Below, piece after piece: positions 11,230 to 21,064 of a stretch of 33,502 bases of DNA (positions are counted from its first letter, which is position 1; each line of letters starts with the position of its first letter). Both the position numbers and the translations under genes were made by a program. The DNA is taken from NCBI RefSeq assembly GCF_001194135.2, contig NC_068997.1, positions 34,076,151 to 34,109,652 on the forward strand. The letters run 5' to 3'. The notes beneath the pieces are model-generated. The model was given only the letters and a program-made list of their open reading frames with translations, was not told where the DNA came from and searched no databases. The DNA is from Octopus bimaculoides (Eukaryota).

Positions 11230-12410
11230 ACAGGCCTGGACTTTTTGCCTGAAATCGAATTGGAAACCACTGTCGATACTATGAAAGTGTTTAGTAATGA
11301 CATCAAAATGGAATCTGGTATTTTCAAGTGTGATACTCATGTTATGAAGAAAGGGAAATACCATAAAAGTGATGAAATAAATCTACCAAGATATGGGAGA
11401 TTAAAGCAGATGATAGTTATAAATACCCGGGAGTCTTGGAAGCTGGTGATATCAAAAATAGAACAATGAAAGATAAAGTGAGAAAGAATATTTCGGAAGG
11501 ATTAGAATAATAAAACGTGAACTCAATGGTTTAAACACCAACTGCCATAAACTCAAGAGCCATATCCATTATCAGGTGTTGTACCAAAATAATCAAATGG
11601 ACAAAAGAAGATCTTCAGAAGATAGAAAAATAAGGAAATTGCTGACAATTTACTGAAGCTTACACTCACAGGCAAGGGTTGACAGATTGTGTTTTAGAAA
11701 GATGGAGAAAGGGAATTGATAAATACAGAGAACTGTGATTAAGTAAAAATGGAAAAGTTAAGAAAGTACGTTGCTAACAGTGAAGAGGCGTTATTGATAG
11801 CAGTATGGAAAAGATATGTTAGATGAAGAAAGATTTTAAAAAGTGACATTCTTAAAGTTAGAAAGTAACAATATGAACAAACAATGGCTGAAGAGAGTAT
11901 CAAAAGGATAGTGGCGCAGGAGGAAGCAATCAGAAGATACATGCAGAACAAAAACAACAGAACCATCTCAGCCATCACAGCCGAATGTAGAATGTGAGGT
12001 GAAAGCGAAGAGACGGCTGCGTATATTCACTGAAAGTGAACTGCTTGCTCAGAGGGTCTTTAAAAGCTGGGGTCATGACAAGGTTGTTATGATCATATAT
12101 CAGCAAATCTGTAACAAGGAATATTTGAACATACAGAAAAAATAGTTTAGCCATAAAATAGAACGCATCCTTGACAATGTCCAAGTAAAGGTACGATGAG
12201 ATATAAAACTTCAAACGAATAAGCAAATAGAACATTCGCGTCCAGATATTGACATACTCAATAAAAGATATGAATGTGCTGCTTTGTCAATGTTGCTTGT
12301 CCGTTTGACATAAAACGAGTAGAGAAAGAACGTGAGAAAATAGAAAACTACCAGGATCTAAAATATCAACTTCAAAGACTTAACTGGCAGTAGTGTTGGG
12401 ACTGCAGCAT
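11230..12410 (+). pseudogene. Non-LTR retrotransposon remnant, R4/Dong-clade-like: end of RT, CCHC knuckle, restriction-like endonuclease
   Basis: Frameshifted motifs TMKVFSNDIKMESGIFKC, YKYPGVLEAGDIK, ELNGLN..TAIN, DRKIRKLLT, ARVDRL, CRMxGESEET, HDKV..IYQQIC, RPDI (12239-12250), VNVACPFD and EKIENYQDLK, in the order typical of RLE-bearing elements. Confidence 0.8.
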
Positions 12411-12419
12411 CAGTGACCT

Positions 12420-12990
12420 GCTTCTGTTTTGGTGCCCGCTGCCCTTTCTTTATTCTATGTTTTACCAGTTTCTAGGAGCAGAAACCTCTTAAATTTTGTT
12501 TGCTTTCATAATAATAACAGTTACTCTTCCATCCTTGAATGCCCAGTCTCGTGGCATTTCCTTCTGTACCAGCGACGGTATTGCACTCCAGCATAGTTTA
12601 GCAATCCTCGGGGTCATTAAGACTTGTAATGTCTGTCCATCGAGAATCCATCCAACCACACCTTATTTCTGGCCATTTCGACGCTCACGAAATCCCTAGT
12701 GTCCCGCATTGGTTAGGCAAGAGTCAAGGTTGTTGCTAATATATTTGACTCTGACCCTCGTATTACGTCGACCTAAGTAATTTGGTATTCGTTATGGGTA
12801 ATTGTGTTCTGTACCAACTCGGCTTGCCTATTTGTATTCTCCTCAGTATTAAAGACCAGACACAATCCTGTACCTCTTTCCTCGACCTATGGATTATCAC
12901 ATCAATTAGAGCTACCTTGAATTGTTGTTCTGCAGGAATGAAAACTCCCTCCGTCTTTTTGTGATAGACAAGTCGGTGATTTTTCTTTGT
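12420..12990 (-). pseudogene. Possible L1/Tx1-type ORF1 remnant
   Basis: Minus frames give IPNYLGRRNTRVRVKYI and VVGWILDGQTLQVLMTPRIAKLCWS, followed by a degraded zinc-knuckle-like stretch. The family assignment is tentative. Confidence 0.3.
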
Positions 12991-13504
12991 GCCAAATATT
13001 AACTAGCATAAATGCTTACTAACTATAAACTAGAAACAACGTGAAATAATCGATAATCATTCTAGAGACAAAATATCATGTGTGAATATATTTTTAGGGG
13101 GTTTATTTGAAGTATTCGCTAAATTCAAGATATTCATTAATAAAGTGTGACAAAGCTTTTACTGTTCCTAGGGTTTGTGGATATGTACATAAATGTAGGT
13201 ATGCGTCTGCATGTACATGAACTCATGTAATGACTATGTGTACCTCTGTAGTATACATATGCGTGTGTCTTATACACTATGCAGAAACTCAAATGGATGA
13301 CCATGGAATATTTTGCAAATCTTCTCTATACGTCTATTCGATTAGATTTGGAGGATGCGAGTCAGGTTTCTTCTATCTTGGAAAATCCCAGCATTTCGAC
13401 AAATTTTATCTGAAACTTTTTGCAAATCTGCTGTTACGCTGACTAGTGCACCTAGGGTAATAGGTACAAATGAAAATATATAGCCAGGATATAAGAGATC
13501 ATAT

Positions 13505-14145
13505 ATGCAAAAATATGCATATGTATGTATATATGCATGTAGGTAAGTATGAATGGTTGGCTTCATATATGTGTAAATGTACGTATATATGTACGTACGC
13601 ATGTATGCATGTATGTATGTATGTATGTATGTATGTATGTATGTATGTATGTATGTATGTATATATATGCGTATGTATGTGTATATGTGTATATATGTAT
13701 ATATGTATATATATATATANNNNNNNNNNNNNNNNNNNNNNNNNNNNNNNNNNNNNNNNNNNNNNNNNNNNNNNNNNNNNNNNNNNNNNNNNNNNNNNNN
13801 NNNNNNNNNNNNNNNNNNNNNNNNNNNNNNNNNNNNNNNNNNNNNNNNNNNNNNNNNNNNNNNNNNNNNNNNNNNNNNNNNNNNNNNNNNNNNNNNNNNN
13901 NNNNNNNNNNNNNNNNNNNNNNNNNNNNNNNNNNNNNNNNNNNNNNNNNNNNNNNNNNNNNNNNNNNNNNNNNNNNNNNNNNNNNNNNNNNNNNNNNNNN
14001 NNNNNNNNNNNNNNNNNNNNNNNNNNNNNNNNNNNNNNNNNNNNNNNNNNNNNNNNNNNNNNNNNNNNNNNNNTATATATATATATATATATATATGTAC
14101 GTACATGTGTATGCATAGTTATATGTGCATGCATATATACATGAA
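13505..14145. repeat. Compound (TATG)n/(TA)n microsatellite around N gap 13720-14073
   Basis: Direct sequence. Confidence 0.9.
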
Positions 14146-15028
14146 TATACTTTGAAAAGCATCATGCACAGATATCGCTTGACATACTGGTGTCGTCATC
14201 TTATACATGAGAACGAGGAAGCGGCCATCATAAATGTATGTATGGGTGGATAAACTGACGGTTACATAAATAGATAGATTCAAAATAAGTCGTAATCTCC
14301 TATTAGTTCGTAGTCAGTTCTGCAAGCTTCTGAAGCACTCGTCAATTTTAAGGTATCATTGTTGCTTACAATTGTAAAATATACCCGCCATTTCCCCTAT
14401 TTACAATTAGATAGACTGGGTACAATATTGACCTTAGTGTATCTGATGACAACAAACTGTATTTTCACATGATATCTTCTTACAAATCATGTATTTAATT
14501 CCAGCATGACTTAGTTTATAGTAAGCTGTTTTGACTCAACTATCTACAACTCTGTCATATATGTTCCGATATACTCTTTCACATACACCACTTCAAAAAT
14601 AGTTCACATACAACAAGTACACACGAAGCCATATATATTCTCATATATTATTTTATTTAGGATAACGAATAAAATAACCTATTTAGTAATTTTTCATTCA
14701 GGGAGAGTAATCTTCTATTTCCCACTCGCTGTTTACCTGTCTGTCTGTCTTAAGTTTTACTCACAGTAAAACAAGCGAGAAAACTAAAGCATTTAGCTGC
14801 AGTTCACCTTGTAATCTAGTCGACCGTTCATATTCTCATCAAGTATACAATTGAATATACTTACTTCTAGCATTGGTGCATATCATTACATTTATAAGAG
14901 AAAATTAAGATTGCGTGAGCAAAAATAATACAAGTTCTCAGAAGATAACAGTCTCCTTATAGAACACAATCAGACAGAACGCACTCATCATCTGGCCACA
15001 GATAATATTACATACATACGTACAAAAG

Positions 15029-15076
<48 letters not shown>

Positions 15077-16093
15077 NNNNNNNNNNNNNNNNNNNNNNNN
15101 NNNNNNNNNNNNNNNNNNNNNNNNNNNNNNNNNNNNNNNNNNNNNNNNNNNNNNNNNNNNNNNNNNNNNNNNNNNNNNNNNNNNNNNNNNNNNNNNNNNN
15201 NNNNNNNNNNNNNNNNNNNNNNNNNNNNNNNNNNNNNNNNNNNNNNNNNNNNNNNNNNNNNNNNNNNNNNNNNNNNNNNNNNNNNNNNNNNNNNNNNNNN
15301 NNNNNNNNNNNNTATATATATATATATATATATCCATACATACACATACATTGTTGATATAGGGAAATATAAACTTTCGAGAGAACGTGAAATAATACTG
15401 TTTGGAACAGTGGCTTTCGAAGCACATAAAACTGTAAATAGTAGCACGCATACCTTTAGAAAGAAGGTTGGCCGTGATAGAATACGTTTCATGTCTACAT
15501 GCTATCATTTAGAGCTTCATGTGCATCAAGATCCAATGTTCCATAGAAGATATGTGTTGCATGTGTGTGTGTATGTCTGTGCCTATTTGTACCATATTTA
15601 TAGATACATCTACATACACAAGTACCGATCAATGCATCCCATACAAACAGAGACGTCTCCACATAGATCCACAAAAATCTTCCCATTCATTAATATATCT
15701 ATTACACATATAAAACAGCCACGAACATATACATTCAGGAGTCGCTATCTCACTGTTGCTTGATTACACATCAGCAGCACTGCTCTATGTCCATGATACT
15801 ATAAGTATAAGCAGTAATTTGTTATGCAAGCGGTCCAAGGCTTCACAGTGTATTAGAAAGGTCACAATTTCCGTCAATGTCACCAGTTATCTCGTTGAGT
15901 GTTGGTTATGCAATAAGTCTTTGTTCTTACTAAGAGTTACTTTTTGTGTTGGTTTGTGTGCCATAGTATATTCCACTATAGCACATACGACCGCACTGCC
16001 TGTGGATATTTTACTCAGTCGAGGACTACGAGATAATGACATACTTATATAAATAAGTTTTATACCCATCAGGGTACATCCATATATAAAGTT

Positions 16094-16251
16094 GTGTCTC
16101 GCTAAAGAGCCTGAGTTTTGGCTATCATGTTGTTATATGCCCGTCTGGTTTGGGAATGAAACATTGCTACAATTTTCAATTACTATTATCTTTCTATAAT
16201 AAGAATTGCAAACATTTGTAAATATAGACAAATAACTGTTGATAAAAAAAG
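16094..16251 (+). repeat. Unclassified dispersed element of about 155 bp, copy 1
   Basis: taaagagcctgagttttggctatcatgttgttatatgcccgtctggtttgggaatgaaacattgc...aataactgttgataaaaaaag matches 20791-20949 on the minus strand end to end. Confidence 0.8.
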
Positions 16252-16399
16252 AAAAAAATTGTAGGGGAAGTGACTGGATGGACAGGGATGGATTGAGTTA
16301 CATTGGGTTTAAGACAAAGGGATGGTACTAGAAAAAGGAAGGGAAAGATATATATGCAGGTTAGAATGTCTAATGGGCGACAGGCTGTTTAGCTAGGTT

Positions 16400-16505
16400 A
16401 GCGCGCGCGCACACACACATACAAAGGTGTACACATATACCTATACACACATACACACACACACACACACACATATATATACACACATATACACACATAT
16501 ACACA

Positions 16506-16549
<44 letters not shown>

Positions 16550-16627
16550 ATATAAATAAAATATATATATACAGGTATATATACATATATGTACATACTA
16601 ACATATATATGTATATATATATATGTG

Positions 16628-16712
<85 letters not shown>
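16400..16712. repeat. Compound (CA)n/(TA)n microsatellite
   Basis: Direct sequence. Confidence 0.9.
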
Positions 16713-16715
<3 letters not shown>

Positions 16716-16718
16716 TAA

Positions 16719-16906
16719 ATGGGTACAGGACGTCACAAAACGTAAACAACACGAAATACGAAAACAAACTTTTGTACGTGAACAACGTGAGAAACAAATA
16801 GAAAACAAGATAAGTTGACTTGTTTTCCATTTGTTTCTCTTGTTCGCATACAAAAGTTTATTTTCGTATTTCGTCTCGTTTACGTTTTGTGACGTCCTGT
16901 ACCCAT
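16719..16906. mobile_element. Palindromic MITE-like element embedded in (TA)n
   Basis: Arms 16719-16809 and 16819-16906 are reverse complements: the outer 29 bp match perfectly, with about 6 mismatches and a 3-nt indel overall. The loop is 9 nt (ataagttga). Confidence 0.8.
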
Positions 16907-16934
16907 ATATGCATATATATATACATATATATAT

Positions 16935-17112
16935 ATCGTGAAGTATATTTGTCACTTAAATGTGGCTAACCCTTAAGGGTGGATGCTACTGTAGTTTGTA
17001 GCCCCCGGAAGACACCTCCTCCAGCTGTCTATTGACATACTTTCTGCGCCCTATCACAGTAGCATCCACCCTTAAGGTTAGCCACATTTAAGTGGCAAAT
17101 ATACTTCACGAT
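16935..17112. mobile_element. Inverted-repeat element with 58/57-bp arms and a 63-bp spacer
   Basis: 16935-16992 (atcgtgaagtatatttgtcacttaaatgtggctaacccttaagggtggatgctactgt) matches the reverse complement of 17056-17112 with 1 mismatch and 1 indel. Confidence 0.8.
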
Positions 17113-17132
17113 GTCGTGCAGCTACTGTTTAT

Positions 17133-17384
17133 ACCTCGCTCAGAGATTTATTTTTGCTTGTTTACACTTTTTCGAGATCAGTGACTTTTCGTCACTGGAA
17201 AAAGGATATATATATTTGCAGTGGGAACCACTTCACATCGACAACCGGTGATTGTCACACGCTGATGACGGGTCAGTACCCAGAAACTCGGGTCCGTGTG
17301 TATCACGTCAAGTTGGAGATGGGAAGGATAGCTTCCCTTTGCAAATACTGATAGGGCACCTCGCTCAGAGATTTATTATTGCTT
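17133..17384 (+). mobile_element. 225-nt ribozyme-bearing unit bounded by 27-bp direct repeats (retrozyme or Penelope pLTR-like)
   Basis: acctcgctcagagatttatttttgctt (17133-17159) and acctcgctcagagatttattattgctt (17358-17384) are 26/27 identical and enclose the hammerhead motif. Confidence 0.65.
17248..17306 (+). ncRNA. Type I minimal hammerhead ribozyme motif
   Basis: Stem I cacacg (17256-61)/cgtgtg (17295-300), extended by gtgat/atcac. Core CTGATGA 17262-68; stem II gggt-cagt-accc; GAAA 17283-86; short stem III ac-tcgg-gt; GTC cleavage triplet 17292-94. The 10.1-11.1 position is a C.A mismatch. Confidence 0.85.
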
Positions 17385-17398
17385 ACATATATATATAT

Positions 17399-17432
17399 AC
17401 TAGCAGCTAAGCCCGGTTTCACCCGGTCAGAG
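17399..17432 (-). mobile_element. Helitron-like 3' terminus
   Basis: Minus strand ends gaccgggtgaaaccgggcttagctgCTAG|T: a GC-rich subterminal hairpin, then CTAG, then T. Confidence 0.5.
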
Positions 17433-17893
17433 AACGACGCGAAGAGAGAAACGAAGACATAAAAAAGAGGAAGAAATTGATATGAAGTGGTGTTTGGGCG
17501 ACGGATCTTGGNNNNNNNNNNNNNNNNNNNNNNNNNNNNNNNNNNNNNNNNNNNNNNNNNNNNNNNNNNNNNNNNNNNNNNNNNNNNNNNNNNNNNNNNN
17601 NNNNNNNNNNNNNNNNNNNNNNNNNNNNNNNNNNNNNNNNNNNNNNNNNNNNNNNNNNNNNNNNNNNNNNNNNNNNNNNNNNNNNNNNNNNNNNNNNNNN
17701 NNNNNNNNNNNNNNNNNNNNNNNNNNNNNNNNNNNNNNNNNNNNNNNNNNNNNNNNNNNNNNNNNNNNNNNNNNNNNNNNNNNNNNNNNNNNNNNNNNNN
17801 NNNNNNNNNNNNNNNNNNNNNNNNNNNNNNNNNNNNNNNNATATATGTATGTATATATGCATATACGTAGATATGTATGTATACACACACATA

Positions 17894-18050
17894 TCTATCT
17901 ATATAACAAGAATGTGGGTGTGTATCTGTCTGTGTGAATCCCTAAAACACGAGAACTACACAACTGATTTCATTCAAATTTTACACATGCCTTAATTAGG
18001 GTCCATGCAGTGTCATGGGCCAAACAATTTTAAACTTCTTGCCTAATGCG
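17894..18050 (+). mobile_element. Helitron-like non-autonomous 5' region
   Basis: A|TCtatctatataacaagaatgt...gtctgtgtg...gagaactacacaactgatttcattcaaattttacac resembles invertebrate non-autonomous Helitron 5' ends as I recall them. Confidence 0.45.
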
Positions 18051-18555
18051 AGACCAGAGCAATCTCTTATCTCTTACACTATTTTGGTATTACGTCTCTC
18101 ACACACGCATACGCACACATGGCCATTTCATATACACGTACATACATCTTTCACTTTCTCATCTCCTTCACTTACTTTCTCTCTGTCCTTTCCGCTTTCT
18201 CCTCTTTCAATTTCTGCTCTCTTGAAATAAATTTTTACAGAATGAGCGGGAGAAACACAAAATGAGAAAAAGACAGAGACAAGAGAAAGAAACAGACAGA
18301 AAACAAGTTTCTATTGGAGAAGATGAAAGACACGGATAGCGGGTTACAGAGAAATGATGTTTCATACCTTATGTATGTTATAAAAGTGGGTGTGTGAGAT
18401 ATAGAGAGTGCGTATGTGTAAGTGTGTGTGTGTATGTGTGTGTATGCGTGTGTGCGTGTGCGCGAACGACCAGGTTTGATCAGAAAATGAAAATAGTTTC
18501 ACACTTTCAATTTCAACCAAAATTACAAAGTGTTGCATTACGAGAGTGACGATGT

Positions 18556-19178
18556 TTCAAAGCGTTTAGACCCCGTTGAAAAGCGTTAAGAGTGGAGTAA
18601 AAACCTACAGAATTGGTCCCCAGAGCAGCGGAAGAATGTTATTTTCTCGGACGAGTCATCCTTTACTTTATTTCCGACCACCGTCCGAGTATACGTGTGA
18701 AGACAGCCAAAAGAAGCATTTGACCCAGACTACCTTCTTCCAACTGTTAAGCATGAAGGAGGATCTGTGATGATTTGTGGGGTGGGGCTATATCTTAGAA
18801 ATCCGCCGGCCCAATGGTTTCACTTCATGATAGTGTACCACTTCACACAGCTAAAGTTGTTACTGAATGGTACGAAGAACATTCTAGTGAAATTGAACAT
18901 CTTATCTGGCCACCACAGTCCCCAGATCTCAATATTATTGAACATTTATGGTGCATTTTAGAAAAACAAGTAAGGAGTCGATATCCTCCACCATCATCAC
19001 TACAAGAACTGGAGACTGTTTTAGCTGAAGAATGGGCAAAAATTCCTTTGAAAACAATTCAAACTTTGTACAAGTCCATACCTCGTAGAATTCAAGCTGT
19101 AATTACTGCCAAAGGCAGTCCTACCCCATATTAAAATAAATTTGTTTGAAATTTTAAGGTGTTTCCATTAATTAGTCC
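18556..19178 (+). mobile_element. 5'-truncated Tc1-like transposon, copy B, with DD36E spacing
   Basis: High similarity to 27140-27810. Encodes IFSDESSF and DSVPLHTAK...WPPQSPDLNIIEHLW...RRIQAVITAKGSPTPY*. The right TIR starts at 19157 (aggtgtttccatta) and runs into N gap 19179-19188 and (TA)n. Has an internal deletion of about 100 bp. Confidence 0.92.
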
Positions 19179-19188
19179 NNNNNNNNNN

Positions 19189-19222
<34 letters not shown>

Positions 19223-19476
19223 TCAGAAGAGTGGTACAACAAGGCACCAATATGTGTGTGTGTATATATATATATATACATACACATCCACATATATATA
19301 TTTACACACACATGCATGTGCGACCCACATACACGCGCGTACGTATACACCAACACATTCCCCCTTCCATCCTGTCCCCCACACGCATGTATATGTATAT
19401 CCATACACGCCCACACGAACACATACATACTCCTGCGTCTTGTTAGTTCTTCAAGCAGTAACTAATTATTGGCGTA

Positions 19477-19477
19477 T

Positions 19478-19542
<65 letters not shown>

Positions 19543-19560
19543 CATTATTATTATTATTAA
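19477..19560. repeat. (ATT)n microsatellite at the 3' end of the minus-strand Penelope-like remnant
   Basis: Direct sequence. Confidence 0.9.
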
Positions 19561-20790
19561 TATACAGTTGCATTGTAAGGTTACATATCTGAACTTATAT
19601 CAATATCAGTTTCTGTACACAAGTGTAAAGATAGAGAAAGGCATATTTTTGCCTCTTTAGGTAACTCATCTGTTACGTTAGTTTAGAGGCTATGCTGTAG
19701 TAACTTTTAGTTTGCATATTTTAGTGACTCACGGTTGTGTTCCAAAAGTATCATGTAGGAACATGTATAAATATAACTGTCTGAGCATAATCAACACATA
19801 AAGTAAATTTTTGTCTTTTTAGTTAATCAGTTTATTACATTTTTGAAAAGGCTATAATCAAGTTATGGTTGCGTAGCATTCTAATATGGTCTTTCCTTAC
19901 TATAGGCTCCATGGTTACAGTTCATGAGGTTTCCAATTAAGGGGTGGGGTGGGTTTAATCCGAGTTGTTGGGATTATGGTTTGTATAGGTTAGGTGTAGT
20001 TTGCATTGTACTCTGTGAACAGGGGTTTAACTGTATGCATGCATCTAGGCAGTCGATCAGCAAATCTATAATTCGCGCTTTTGTCAACAGTATTGACAGC
20101 GATTTCTCGGAACATAGTAGGCATCTCCGGGATAGAAGTGTTGTGGGAACTCGCTTGTCTAATTATTGATCAGGTCAGGTTGTATTTTACCTTCTCTTCC
20201 TTGAGTCGCCAGATGAAATCGGCCAGTGATTTTGCGTGCCATTTAAGGATTTTTCGAAAGCTGGCGATGTGGTTTCTATATCTGTTTTTGAAAATATCAG
20301 CCAATGCACCGATATATATGTAGGGACCTCCTGTAGTATTTACAGCGCAATTGTACACGACAGTTCGGGTCTTGCATTGGCTACCCAGAGTACATTTCGA
20401 ACGCCCCCTACAATAGCATAGATTGTCAGACTTTGTTTGCGTGTGTACAGCCGGTACCTGTCCGGTCGGTTCCATTCACATTCGTGCTCATGGCTACCCT
20501 ATTATCATTTTTATTGCTTCTATGTGTGTTTATGTTGTTGTTTGAGTTGTGGCTATCATGTGTTGGTTGGTTAGTAAAGTAGTTGCAGTTGTTTTTTCTT
20601 TGTTGGTTAGTGTTATTGTTCGAGTCCTTGTTACTGTGAAGCGTTATGCAGTTGGTATTTGCAATGTCTCTAGGATTGTTATATATGTCTCCGTCAATTT
20701 TTGAGGGCCTATTTTCGATGCTGCCTGCACGCTGCCTTAGTTTTCAGTTAATTCTACGAATGTGGTGCTCCATATTCTATGAGATAGTAA
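19561..20790 (-). pseudogene. Penelope-like element 3' part with a GIY-YIG endonuclease remnant
   Basis: ORF 20475-20170: CYCRGRSKCTLGSQC...VVY...YIG...FKNRYRNHIASF...SLADFIWRLKE...LT, then *SII and frameshifted RCLLC..EK and RCMH downstream, matching the PLE-type GIY-YIG pattern. Confidence 0.8.
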
Positions 20791-20949
20791 ACTTTTTTTA
20801 TCAACAGTTATTTGTCTATGTTTACAAATGTTTGCAATTCTTATTATAGAAAGATAATGATAATTGAAAATTGCAGCAATGTTTCATTCCCTAACCAGAT
20901 AGGCATGTAACAACATAACAGTCAAAACTCAGGATCTTTAGAGAGACAC
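20791..20949 (-). repeat. Unclassified dispersed element of about 155 bp, copy 2
   Basis: Reverse complement of 16094-16251 with the same start and end points. Confidence 0.8.
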
Positions 20950-20967
20950 GGATAGATAAATAGATAG

Positions 20968-21048
<81 letters not shown>

Positions 21049-21064
21049 AAGAAAGAAAGAAAGA
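20950..21064. repeat. (GATA)n-(GA)n-(GAAA)n compound microsatellite
   Basis: Direct sequence. Confidence 0.9.

Noticed and set aside
13342-15763. Many overlapping YI/VC/HT-rich ORFs, including a signal-peptide-like MKRILSRPTFFLKVCVLLFTVLC (minus strand, from 15492)
   Set aside because: Open frames come from dinucleotide repeats and N gaps; the short unique parts have no recognisable homology or consistent exon structure
15756-16069. Overlapping 98-aa plus and 60-aa minus ORFs in unique sequence
   Set aside because: No recognisable domain and in-frame stops in the alternative hydrophobic frame; unsupported
18483-18500. 17-bp match gaaaatgaaaatagttt shared with about 6984-7000
   Set aside because: Too short and AT-rich to establish homology
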